Source: Octopus bimaculoides
Taxonomy: Eukaryota
DNA: 58,377 nt
Direction of reading: 5' to 3'
Assembly: GCF_001194135.2 (NCBI RefSeq)
Contig: NC_068981.1
Span: forward strand, 104,374,535-104,432,911
Position numbers and translations under genes: made by a program. Positions 1-12,999 of the stretch are shown here, piece by piece. Positions within the stretch are counted from its first letter, which is position 1. The number at the start of each line of letters is the position of its first letter. The notes beneath the pieces are model-generated. The model was not told where the DNA came from. It ran no database searches and was given only the letters and a program-made list of their open reading frames with translations.

Positions 1-36
<36 letters not shown>

Positions 37-1104
37 GCACACTGATATTTATATGAAATGTGTATGGGGAGCCTGTATATTTATATATATTTATGAAAAT
101 ATATCTTAGAAAGCAATATTACAATATAGTAAAGTATGTTAATGTATATTTGTGTATGTGCATGTGAGAGAGGTTGCGTGTGAGTGTGTGTGTGTTTTTG
201 TGTAAGAGAGAGAGAAAGAGAGTGAAAGAAATTGAGTTTGTTGTTTTGTTTAATTTTTGTGAGTATTTAGCTGTTTAGTTGTTACTTTCATTCAACTTGA
301 AATGAAAAATGAACAACATTATTATTGTTATTGCCTATTGCAATCGTTGATCTCTGTGCACTCAATTTCTAATTTGTATATAAACATTGGGCCAAGCGCC
401 AAACATTTTGCTTCCTCTTCTTAACACATACACATACATATATACACATGCATATATATATATATATATATATTTGTATGTATATATGCATGTTTTTGTG
501 TGTGTGTATCTATATGTATGTTTTTGTGTGTGTGTATCTATATGTATGTATATGTGTGTGTGTGCATGTATGTGTATTTTTTATATATGTAATATATAGA
601 TGCATGTGTATATTGATATACACATATATATATGTATGTGTATGTATGTATCTGTGAGTATGTATATCAGTGTGTGTGTGTATGTATGTTTCTTTCTTTC
701 TTTGTTTATTCATTTATATTATGTTTTTCTCATTTTCATTCCATCAAATCTGAATATCATTATTGCAAAATGTTATGAGCAGAATAACAGATTAAAATTT
801 TTTTTTATGGGTATTTATATTCATTATGCCTTCCGATACTGTGAGTTTATATTGAATGGATAGTGGATTAGGAGAATTCGTGTAACATTGAGAAAAAATT
901 ACGTTACAGTGTTCAAATATTCTTCTTTACAACCGTTGTCATTGTCGTCGTCATTTGTTTACCTTGTTGGCATGGGTTGGACAATTTGTTAGGATCTGAG
1001 AAGCCGTAGGGTCATGCCAAGCTCAAGTGTCAGCTTTGGCATGGATTCTACAGCTGGATACCCTTCCTAACACCAACCACTCTTCAGGGCATATTGGGTG
1101 CTTT

Positions 1105-1330
1105 TTTCGTGACTCTGGCTCCTGTGAGGTTGCTAAGTAACCTGCAAGAAAGAAAAAGAGAACAGGGAAAAAAGGAAAAGCTTCTGCTACTAGTGGTAGG
1201 GGAGTATTCAGGAGAGGAAGAGGTGGCTAAAGTATGATAGAAGGACAAATACAAGTGTTCTGCTATAGAAGGGCAGACACAGGTGTCCTGCAACAGACCA
1301 GCTACATGGCTGCCTTACATTAATGGAGGT
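1105..1330. repeat. Unclassified repeat; related to 21060-21260 (reverse) and 50680-50735
   Basis: Shared acaggtgtc(c/t)tg...tacatggct(g/a)cc motif and similar conceptual peptides. Confidence 0.5.
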
Positions 1331-2418
1331 GGGGTAAGTAGTTGGGAAGGAAATAAAGGAATGTAGCAATGGAGTGTCAGAGCAAATTCTCAAGGTACAG
1401 GAATATGAGCAGAAGAGAGTGTATGGAAAGTATCCACCCTTTCTACCCCCCCCCCCATGAGATGAGAAGAGAGACTTGATACTTTCATAAGATTGTGGGG
1501 GGAGAGTAACAGATGGTTAGAGATGGAGATAAGTTTGAATTATTCCTTCAAAGGTTAAGTCAGCTTTTATTCTTCCTGTGTTAATCAAATAAATTATCCG
1601 AGTGATTTGAAATTGCACTGTAGCCTTGGCTTGCCAGGAATTTGCCATTTAGTTTACAGTACTCATATGTTTGTAATTGAAGAGACACCAGTTAGGTAAA
1701 AAGGTTATTTTTAATATTTTTCTCCCTTCACCTCCACCTAGGTTTAAAAATAACATTCTAGCCAATATATTTCAGAAGAAGTCTAATGATTAATGAATTG
1801 GTGCTTTATCTAGAATCGCTATTGCAAAATAGTTGTTATGAATTATTGCAGCTGATACATATGTATATCATCTTGATGATCATCATCACCACCATCATCA
1901 TCAGCAGCAGCAGTGTCATCGTCATTGTCATCATCATTGTCATCATCATCATTGTCATCTTCATCATTGTCATCTTCATCCTTTAACATCCACTTTTCCA
2001 TACTTGCATGGGTTGAACAGAATGTTGTTGAGGCAGATTTTCTACAGCTGGATGCCCTTCTTGTTGCCAGTTTTCACTTGTTGCCAGTTTTCACTTGTTG
2101 CCAGTTTTCACTTGTTCCCAAGTAAGGTAATATTTTCCCATGACCAGACTTTGAAGACAAGTGAAATGACACTGCTTCCATGATGGTGAAATTTGTTTAC
2201 AAGTACCACACAATGTCAATGCAAGGTGACAGCAAACACATACACACACACACACAGGGATATGCTTTCAATGTCCGTCTAACAAGTTCACTCACAAGGT
2301 TTTGGTCAGCCTAGAGCATTAGCAGAAGATACTTGGCCAAGGGGTCATGTAATGGGGTCAAACACAGGACCATATGATTAGGGAGCAAGCTTTTAACCAC
2401 ACAGCCATACCCATGACT

Positions 2419-2935
2419 ATATATATATGTATACATGTCTCTTAAAGGATAGAGCTCAAAATCAATGCATTGAAGATACTTTATTGCAGCAACAATTATA
2501 ATAACAGAAACAACCACAATAAGCCAAACCTATGCACATTTCAAAAATTTTTGGCAAGGGATTTTTACGCTGTAAACCGGGCGGTGTACGTCGCTGGATT
2601 TCGGTTGACTGGTTTGTTTACATTCTGTAAGAAGATAACGATGGTAGGTTGCGTGCCGTCGATTATTCTTTCACCCTCTTGGATGATGTGTGTGTTTTGC
2701 TAATAATAGTATTGGTGATGGCAATAATGCGACCCTGATGANNNNNNNNNNNNNNNNNNNNNNNNNNNNNNNNNNNNNNNNNNNTGGTTTATTTTTCCGG
2801 GATACCCTATTGAAATGTGCATAGGTTTGGCTTATTGTGGTTGTTTCTGTTATTATAATTGTTGCTGCAATAAAGTATCTTCAATGCATTGATTTTGAGC
2901 TCTATCCTTTAAGAGACATGTATACATATATATAT
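2419..2935. repeat. Perfect ~125-bp inverted repeat flanking CpG-rich sequence and a gap
   Basis: 2419-2544 is the exact reverse complement of 2810-2935 as far as I can read it. Confidence 0.8.
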
Positions 2936-3018
2936 ACAAAAACTCAACTGTGAGTTTTTGGCTAAGACTGTTAACAGATACTATATATTTTATAAAATTT
3001 GTTTTATAAAAGTATATA

Positions 3019-3061
<43 letters not shown>

Positions 3062-3789
3062 TTTCAAATTTTGGCTCAAGGTCAGCATTTTCAAGGGAAG
3101 GGGTAAGTTGATTACATCAACCCCAGTGCTCAACTAGTGCTTATTTTATTGATCCTGAAAGGATGAAAGGCAAAGTCAACCCTGGTGGCATTTGAACCCA
3201 GAACATGGGTGGGTAGGTATACCTCTGTCCAACCCATGCCAAAATGGAAGAAGGGTTGTTAAATGATGATGATGATGATGATATAGATAGATTTAGAGAG
3301 ATAGATTTCTACCCAACCACATGGTTTTGAGTTCAATCTCACTGTGTGGCACCTTGGGCAAGTATTTCCTAGCATACAAAGTCTTGGGAATAGATTTGGC
3401 GTGTGTGTGTTTCTTTTTGTCTTGACATTGCATGCTAGTTGTAAATGAGTGTCATTGTCATATAAGCAGTGTCATTCATTTGCAATATTCTGCATAAACC
3501 TGTCTAGCCATGGGGATATATTACCTTGCTTGGTAACAGGTATGGGTTGATGACTGGAAGGACATTTGGCCCTAGAAAATCTACCCTAATAAACTTTATG
3601 CAAATATGAAAAAATGGAGGTTAAAATAGTGATGATGTAGTTTTCAGAGACTATATCAGACAGAATGGATAATTGTGTATTAATTGCTGTTTATGAACAA
3701 TTTTAACTGATTTGATCATGAAGCATTAGAAATATAATCATAGTAATCATTATAATTTGCTCTTAATCTCCCCCTCCCCCTCTCTCTCT

Positions 3790-4175
3790 ACTTGCACGGA
3801 TTCCTATGACTCTTTGTTGCTACCCAGTTTTAGTATTCATATTTGAACTGGGAGCTTGAGTTACAATGAATTTTTCATTAGCTGATAACACAACCAAGGA
3901 TGCCACCCCTATGGGTGCATTGCAGTTACTCTCTTGATAGAGCTTGACAATTCTGACCATTGATCCTCTCAGGATTCCTCTGCTCAGCATCAATGTAAGA
4001 AGCACTATTGGCTGAGCTGAGTTCTTCTGCTGCCTCATCACAATCTGCCATGCTGCAGTCCCATGACTTCACTGTATCATGGCAGGGTGGCTAAACAGGT
4101 GCTTTGCCTTGACAAAGGGCAACCCATAACTATGAAAGGCACAGTCATCACTCCATGAGGTATTTTCGAAATACC
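3790..4175. repeat. Unclassified interspersed repeat (copy 1)
   Basis: Matches 34990-35790 once the SINE is removed, e.g. cagcatcaatgtaagaagcact...ctaaacaggtgc. Confidence 0.8.
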
Positions 4176-4254
4176 CAAATACCCACTCTTAATATGCTTG
4201 TGTGTATGTGTATGATGGGTGGGTAGCAGTGTATAATTTAGAGTAGCATAATTT

Positions 4255-4545
4255 AGAGGCATCTTGTGTGGTGTGCAAGAGAGACAACTGCACTGGTATG
4301 GTCATGTGATGCATATGGATGAGCACAACTGTGTAAAGAAGTGCCAATCTCTAACTGTGGAGGGAACCTGTAGAAGAGGCAGACCCAGGAAGACATGGGA
4401 TAAGATGGTGAAGCATGCATTTTGAAAGTTGGGTTTCATGGAGGTGATGACAAGTGACTGAGACCTTTGGTGATTTTCTGTGCTTGAGAAGTCTCGTCAA
4501 GTGAAATTGTAGTTGGGGCCGGTGTCGGTGACACATAAAAGCATA
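4255..4545 (+). mobile_element. RTE LINE 3' ORF end leading into its 3'UTR
   Basis: VQERQLHWYGHVMHMDEHNCVKKCQSLTVEGTCRRGRPRKTWD. Confidence 0.85.
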
Positions 4546-5295
4546 GCTTTGTGGTTAAGAAGCTTGTTTCCCAACCATGGTTTCTTGGGTTCAGTCCCAC
4601 TATACAGTGCTTTGGACAAATATCTTATATATAGCCCCAGGTCAATCAAAGGTTTGTGAATGGATTTGGTTAACAAAAACTGAAACAAACCAGTATGTGT
4701 GTGTGTGTGCTAGCTTTCTATGCAGTTTTTGTGTACTTAATCTTCCTTAATACTTAGATCAACCTGAATGAAATTGAACTCAGAACTATTGTCAAACACA
4801 GACAGTCAGACCTTTTTTTCACAGAATTCCATTGATCACTTCTTACTTGTTTTTCTCTAATTTACTAAACTTACAATGAAACATTCAGAACACTAACTGT
4901 ATGCATACAACCATTGAAATTTTTCTTATTATGTTTGGAGGAATCCTGCAAATGTCATTGGCATTACTTGACTTCCTTTTAATAAACAGACTAATAAATA
5001 ACAGACATAATTCATGCTTCTATAACCTTGACCTTGATTTTTCATAACCAGGGTTTCAATCAATGGGTGATGATGTTCCCATTAACTTTTTTTTTCTATG
5101 AAGTGAACTGGGGCATAGAATGATCAGTTTTGCTTGGAAATCAAGATATACTCACACAAAATGCTGCTCAGCAGGTGATTTCTTCTGGGATTACTTAGAA
5201 GGGGTAGAAACTGTTTTGATTTCTTGTTTTCTTTTCACCGACAAAGATTTTGGAACATTTAAACATTTAGCCCCAAAACCTGGGGTTGAAAAGGT

Positions 5296-5329
<34 letters not shown>

Positions 5330-6894
5330 CCATAATCATTACATTAATGTCCACTTTTCCATGTTTGCATGGATCAGATGGAGTTCACTCAGGCAAATGT
5401 TCTGTGGCAGAATAACCTTCCTGTCACCAACTCTCACTTGTTTCTTAAACAAGCAGTAATATTTCCCTTTGGCCAGATCTGTTTTTTTCATTAATAATTG
5501 GAAATGAATGACATAACTTGTGTGACAATGACATTCGTTTACAACCAGCATGTGATTTCATGTCAAACAGGGACACACGCATACTTGTCTTGATACCATG
5601 TGATGGTTGTAAACAGATGTCACCATATCGTGCAAGTGGTGTCATTCATTTCCTATCTTTAATATAAAACCAAGTCTGGTTTATCTTTATTCGTTTTTCT
5701 CTATTCGTGATTCAATATTATCAACTCTATAATAGCAGGATGAAATACTAGCCATCAAGAGTGCCCTACCCTTCCCCCAAAAAAAAAAAAAATACAGACA
5801 CAGAGACACCTTAATAAATAGATGAAACAAAAAAAAATGAAAATTGAACAAACAGATATAGAGGTCAAACAGTTAGAGGAAAGTATTGAAGGTGCTAATT
5901 TAAATGACAATAGCTAAAGTACCAACATTGACTATAACAGCAGCAGCAGCAGCTCATCTTTTACCAGTGTTAGAAACCAAAATGAGATATTAGATACAGG
6001 TAAACTCCAGGTAAAAGAGTACGGAGAGGGGGGAGAAAAAGTGAGTTTTCATATACTTTCAAATGAGGAATTGAAAGGAGTCTTCACTAATGAGCGATTG
6101 GTTGTATTCTCCCTCAGCAGGAGTAGGACATGCAATTGCATGTGTTTAGTAAGGAATACTGAGAATGAAGTACAAAAGCAGGCAGGGCTCTATGAAAAGA
6201 TGGGGCTGCAGTTCCCGAGCTGGAGAAATACAAGGGCCATAGCTGGAGACTTAGGTATTGACATGAACTTCTGGCTCCAAGTCAGCTTTTGCACAGCTGG
6301 CAGGTTGTAAGCACTGAGTTGTCTCACAATAGCATGACATGACATGACAACATCCTTATTGCTGGTGCCCTAATAAAATGCACCTAGTAAATTTGGCAAA
6401 TTGATTAGTGAAAAAGCAGAAAAAGCATAGGGTCAAGTGAACTATTTAGTCTTGTCTTGCCAAGGTTAAGACAAGCTCTCTAATGCTGGTGCCATGATAA
6501 AAATGTTACCCAGTATATTCTGTTAAATTTTTGGTAGTAGGAAGGGTATCTGGCCATAGAAACCAAGCACAAATGAAACAAACAAGTAATACCAGCTAGG
6601 GAGGACAGTGACTTCTGATAAAAACTCACAAGGACCATGATAACCCATTCACCCAATGCAGCATGGAAAGCAGATATAAAATGTTGGTGATGATGATGAT
6701 GATGAAGTGTGTATGTGCATGTGTGTTGGTGTATGTGTTTATTTTATAAATATACATTAAGGCAATCAAATGTGAACTGAAAAAACATTCAATGCATAAT
6801 GGAAGACTGTGTGGTGTTTATTTTCACATTGAAAAGTGGTGACAGTTTCACCAGTCATTGGCCTTATCAGACTTAGATTTGTGTGTGTGTTTGT

Positions 6895-6914
6895 GCATGT
6901 ATATATACATATAT

Positions 6915-6958
<44 letters not shown>

Positions 6959-7120
6959 ACATATATACATACATATATATATATATAAAGACACATATAT
7001 ATATATATATATATATAAAGACATATATACATACATATATATATATATAAAGACACATATATATATATATATATATATAAAGACATATATACATACATAT
7101 ATACATATATAAAGACATTG
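6895..7120. repeat. Compound (TA)n repeat with periodic aaagac(a)
   Basis: Alternating aaagacatatatacatac and aaagacacatat blocks. Confidence 0.85.
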
Positions 7121-8276
7121 ATGTGAGTGTACATATCACACACACACATAAAACATACATACATACACATCACACATACATCAAAAGAAAATGCATAATC
7201 TAAAGGTGACCCGTGAAATAAGAGATTTTTTTTTTGTTTTTGTCAGAATATGCAATCGGTGGTTAGCTGGAGTTTACACAGATATGAGACACATCAGTTA
7301 AGTTACAGTGTGTCTTAATGGAAGGTTAAGCTTTCACAACAAACAGCCTACTGGGGTGTGTCTTAGATCAAGTCTGACATTCTGGGTTTAAGAGACCTGA
7401 GAGACCTCCCAGATAGATCCAAATGCTATTTCCTTATGGTTCTACCACCATCACCACCTCCACTTATTATTTTATCTGTCTATCTTCTTTTTCTCTCCCT
7501 CCATCTCATAAAAACATAAACATGTTGATATTAGGCCAATGGCTGACATCCTTCATAGCCACTCAATCTGCTCAATGTAACAATGAAACCTTTATCAACT
7601 GCTGACTCCCAACCAAATCTAAGATAACGATGAAATGATTTCCATCCAGAGTCAACATTCTCATCATCTTTTATCTTTTCTATCTTTTACTTGTTTTGGT
7701 CATTAGACTGCAGCCATGCTTAAAGACTTTTTTTTTAGTTGAATAAATCAACCCCAGTACTTATTTTATTTCTGAGCATGGTACTTATTCTTTTAGTGTC
7801 TTTTTGCCAAACTGCTAGGTCACAGGGATATAAAAACACACCAACGTTGGTTATCAAGCAGCGGTAGGGGACAAACAAAATTGAAAGAAAATGGAAAGAA
7901 AAGGACTTTATTAAGAAATTCAAACCCACTCTTAACAAACAATGATTAAATTAATTTTAAAAATCTTATCCCTATAACTAAAACAAAAAATCTCTCAAAT
8001 GTCATCATTTCTAAAAATAAACATTGAAAAATGGTTTGGCATCATCTCTAAAAATAGCCAAACACCTACTACTGCTGTCCAAAGGAATGTGTATAAAGGA
8101 CAAAAAGACAGCCAGTCCTTATATATTTAATACTCAATATTTCATATATTCATTAAGACATTCAATACTTCATTTCATTTTACTATTTATATTATATATT
8201 CCATATTCTATATTCCACATTAATTTTATAAGAATATAAATAAAACAAAAAAACAGACAGAGTTGGAACTCTTTTA

Positions 8277-8329
<53 letters not shown>

Positions 8330-8335
<6 letters not shown>

Positions 8336-8500
8336 ACAGGCTTCTTTCAGTTTCCGTTTACCATCTCCTCTCACAAGGCTTTGGTCAACCCAAGGCTATA
8401 TATAGTAAAAGACACTTGCTCAAGATGCCACACAATGGGAGTGAACCCAGAACCATGTTGTTGGGAAGCAAGTTTCTTACCACACAACCATACCTGTACC
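8330..8500 (-). mobile_element. SINE family A 5' half; similar partial copies at ~2228-2412, 3305-3410, 4540-4740, 7700-7880, 26950-27170, 33350-33515, 42750-42885, 45680-45830, 57000-57140
   Basis: Shared head and CORE-like or tail segments. Confidence 0.75.
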
Positions 8501-8509
8501 ATCATCATC

Positions 8510-9325
8510 ATTCGTTATTAGTCAAGGAAGCAGTATTACTTCAAAATTAGCAAGTTTTATACATACTGTGTGCATGTACTGAAAGCCTTTTAAATTGTAA
8601 TATTCATCTTGAGAAAAGTATCTTTTATATATGTAGAGTTTGTAGGAAAAAAACAAAAATACAGAAAACATCAGCATCAGGCAAAGGTTGCCAAGATCCA
8701 GCTTTCTGTTTGTCAGCTTCATCAGCAGCAAATATCCACATCACTTCATGTCAAGCAAATAGCAACTGTAGCTGATATAGTTAAGCAGTGATTGGAAGGT
8801 TAGTGATGTTGCATTTAGCTGGCCAGCTGAACAAAAATTCAATGTGACAGAAGCAACATTTGTTCAAAATTAACGATTTTTATACATACTTAAAGTGTGT
8901 ATGTGTTAAAACCATTTCAAACTGTGGTACTCATCTTGAGAAAAGTATCTCTTATGAACGTATAGTGTTTAAAAAAAAAATGCTGAAAAATATCAGTACC
9001 TGATCCAGATTTCTACTTGTTAGCTTCATCAGCAACAAATTTTCACGTCACCTCATATCAAGCAAACATTGACAGTGGCTAATATAGTTAAATAGTAATT
9101 AAAAGGTTACTGATGTCGCATTTAGCTGGCAGGCGAAAAAAAATTCATTATTAGTTACAGAGGCAATATTAGTTCAAAATTAGTGATCTGTGTACTTAAA
9201 GTGTATATATACTTATAGTGTATATATGATGAAAGCATTTTAAAATTTAGTATTTGTTGTGAGAAAGCATCTCCTATAAATGTATAGTGTTAGGAAACAG
9301 AAAAATATCAGCAACAGGTGAAGGT
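8510..9325. repeat. Degenerate tandem repeat, ~310-325 bp unit, about 2.6 copies
   Basis: Anchors gaagcagta (8527), gaagcaaca (8850), gaggcaata (9160). Shared gagaaaagtatc, agcttcatcagca and gcatttagctgg. Confidence 0.85.
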
Positions 9326-9559
9326 CACCCATTGTTTTAACGTCTACTTTTCTATGCCTGCTTGGATCAGGTGAGAGTACATTAAGGCAGAATTTTCTGT
9401 AGTATGACCTGATGCCCTGCTTGTTGCCAACCCTCACTTGCTAGTAGGAATTATCTGCAAATGTTGAGGTTTATAAAAAAGCCATCCCATCCTTGGTGGC
9501 AGGATTGTAAAGAAAGGGATATTGTCATTGTCTCTTGTGTGAGTGTTCATCCTTTGAAT

Positions 9560-11400
9560 CATAAAAACTTTTTCCAGTTTTGAAGGTTCCAGATGTTACA
9601 GCCATTTGTAGTTTATGAATTAAATCCCAGTTCAGTTACACTTTGGTCCAGGCAGATTGGTATATGAGCTGTAGCACCAACAATAACAGATATGAAGCTG
9701 ACCATACATCTTGGATACTGGATCTGTAAGCTTTTCTTCAATGGTCTGTAGGTATCCTCCTTCTCATTTTTCTTACCACACTGACATCAAGTGGGTAGCT
9801 GATTTCTATGACAGAGCATGTTTTTTATATGTGGTCCCAGTCCCAAAGGATGATATTAGGTTAGTTGTGTTTTAATTCACTTGTAGTCTCTTAATTTTTC
9901 GCTCTGCCAATATCCCTTTGAACCATCAGTCTCAACATATTACTCTCTATTTGATTTGATTTTCATCTTCCACAATGCATTCCGTGTTGTTCTAGCTAAC
10001 ACATCATGTTTGATAGGGAGGTAGTAATGAGAATTGGCAATGATGTGGCTAACATCTTCAATCTGTTTTTGTTCCACCTACATTTATTGTCAACTAATGG
10101 CCTTCCTCTTTTGTGCAGTAGGTACTTGGTGCAGATTTCTTTGTTACTGAATTACATGGAGATATCCTTCAAGGTGGGATGTTGATGAAATTCCTTGTCA
10201 GGTTTTTAATATGGCCTATCTCCTCAGTGGCCTATGTTTTTCATGTCAAGTAATCATGTACATCCTTCTCACTGAATTGCTCGATTCTTTTTTTTTTTTT
10301 TTTTTTTGCTTCATCATTAATTAGAGTCTGCCAGTATTCCTGGAAGAGAGATTTGTATCAGATTGTATTTCAAGCCTCACTTTCAAATCAGTGGCTATCT
10401 TAACAATATTATTATTTTCATGCTCATGAACATGGGCCAAATGATTGCTGACCTTTTTTTCTTCTGTTAAAAATGTTGTTTCAGTTTTATTATCCAGTTC
10501 TCGTATGATGTTAATATGGAATTTAGGCCCCAGCCACCTTCCTTGAGTGAGAAATATAGTCGATCCACATCTGCACTAATATTAAAGTTTCCAGTAACAC
10601 TGAGCAGCTTGCAAGTCCTTACATCCATCTCTTTCAGTTTTTGCAATAATTATTTCAGTAGGCCAAATGTTGGTGTCAGGATGGACACACTCTGTAAAGT
10701 GGTTGGCATTTGGAAAGGCATCCAGCCATAGAAATCATGCCAAAACAGACATGGAGCCTGAGCAGCTCTCCAGCTGATCAGCTCCTGTTAAATCATCCAA
10801 CCATGCCAACTTGGAAAACAGGAATTAAATGGTGATGAGGATGATGTGTTTGTTGTACATTGAGAGTTTTGATGGTCAGATTCTCTTTACTCTTCTGAAG
10901 TATTCATTGTTGGTCCTCTCCTTATTCCTGGGTCCATCATATATGACATTCTCATCCCGTTCAAGATGCCAATAATTTTCACCTGACTGTAGAGCTTGTA
11001 TTGTCAAGCTGTTCATTTTTAGGTTTCCAGAGGAGGGCACAACATTTCCACATTTTATTGTCAAAAATGTACATTTAAACCCACCAAATTTCATTCCAGT
11101 GTCTGTAGAAAATTGGGTAATGTTGTCCAATTGTTTTTTTTTTTGTCTTTTTTTATGTAATTGATATTTGGTTCATACAATTTCTGATCATTGACAAACA
11201 AAAGATGAGCGATATTGCTGAGAGAGGAGGATATAAGGACTCACAAGCTGTTCAATGTTGCTGGAAACTTTGAGATCAGTGGAGATGTGGATAGGCTATA
11301 TTTATCATGCAAGGAATGTTGTTGGGAGCCTAAAATCCATATTAGCATCATACAAGACCTGGATAATAACACTGTTTTGTGAGCAGGTATGATAGTGGGC
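9560..11400 (-). mobile_element. Decayed non-LTR retrotransposon with RT, CCHC knuckle and restriction-like endonuclease (R4/NeSL-like)
   Basis: In order on the minus strand: SHLLFVNDQKLY (FVDD-type RT motif), FSTDTGMKFGGFKC, SHLEGYLHVIQ, KCR...SHII (zinc knuckle), PNIILWD...IEISYPLD and SVIVGA (RLE). Interrupted at about 10670-10850. Confidence 0.8.
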
Positions 11401-12029
11401 ATAATGAGAGGATGACAAGCAGAATTATGTATACATTCATTCATTCATGCATGCATGTATGTGTGTGTGTGTATACACACACAAACATACATACATTCTC
11501 TCTCTCTCTCACACACACATATATATATGGAAAGAAAAAGTGTATTCACACACAGGAAAGAATATAGGAGAATTTGTTTTGGGCGTTTGAAAATACACCT
11601 GATTCTCGAAACAGTGGTTTTAAAATTTTGTAATAGATTTATCCTTGTATACATGCATGCGCGCGTGCACACACACACACACATGCACACACAAGATGCC
11701 ATGCAGTAGGATGGAACCCAAAACCATGTGATTGAGAAACACATTTAATAACCACACAGACATTCCTTACACTGCTGGTATTGATATAACTAATGAGCAC
11801 TCTCTGGTCATATCACACTTAGTTATAGCCTACAACTGTGCCAACAAAAAGGTTTTTACATAGTTACACAACCTGCTAGAAATAGCAATCAAATCTTTCT
11901 CAAATCAACCCCTGCTATCTTAAGAAAAGAAAGGTACTATTCAACAGTGTAGTATCAAACATATAAAAATCCGACAAGATGGACAAGGCCAGAATACAAT
12001 TTGTTGAAGGTTCTCTTTAATAAATCTGT

Positions 12030-12590
12030 AACAGTAAAACACTGGGGTCAATGTGATCGACTAGTCCCCTCCACAAAAATTTCAGGCCTTGTGCCTTTAG
12101 TAGAAAGGATTATTATTAGTAGTAGTAAGGCAGAGAGCTGGCAGAAATTGTTAGCACACCAGGCAAAAATTCTTAGCAATATTTTGTCCATCTTTACGTT
12201 CTGAGTTCAAATACCACTGTGGTGGGCTTTGCTTTTCATCCTTTCAGGGTTGATAAAATAAGTACCAGTTGAACAGTGGAGTCAAGGTAATCAACTTACC
12301 CCCTCCCCCAAACATGTTACCCTTGGGGCAAAATTTGAAACTGCTGCTGTTGTTGTTGTTGTTGTTGTTTAGGTGGTGAGCTGGCAGAAACGTTAGAATG
12401 CCAATCAAAATGCTCAACAGCATTTTGTCCATCTTTACATTCTGAGTCTGAATTCTGCCAAAGCTGACTTTTCATCCCTTTCGGGGTCAATAAAATAAGT
12501 ACCAATCAAGCACTGGGGTCAATGTAATTGACTTAACCTCTCCCCTGAAATTGCTGACCTTGTGCCAAAATTTGATATCATTGTTATTGT
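12030..12590 (+). mobile_element. Three head-to-tail Meta-domain SINEs (family B), first one partial
   Basis: gagctggcagaa...ctgagttcaaat...gactttgcctttcatcctttcggggtcaataaaataagtaccag (Meta-domain-like). Confidence 0.85.
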
Positions 12591-12999
12591 TTTTATTATT
12601 ATTATTTGCTGTTTCTATCAATGTTATACATGAAGTCTCCTCAGCCCTTTAAATCTATACCCCCTTACATTTCATATAACTAACGACAGGACGTTCTTTC
12701 ATCACACTTTATATGCAACATATATGCAATATATTGAGTATCCATTTATCATTCTTTGATCATTCTACAAGCATCAATCTCTCTTTTCTTATTCTTGATG
12801 TTTCCATCGGAGGATGTGGATTGTGTGTGCGTTTAATTAAGATTATTATTTTTAGATACTTTTGAGAATAACAAAACAACAAAACATTTACTGTTGAGAA
12901 TACTCAATACACAGAGAGAAAAATCAAATTAAAATCTCAGTCAAAATGAATTCTATCCAATACACACACACACATGTACACTTACGTATAAAAAAAAGA

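Noticed and set aside
387-863. ORFs of 60-155 aa over (TA)/(TG)/(CA)/(GA) tracts, here and throughout the track
   Set aside because: These are microsatellite translations (YIYI, CVCV, HTHT, ERER) with no coding signal.
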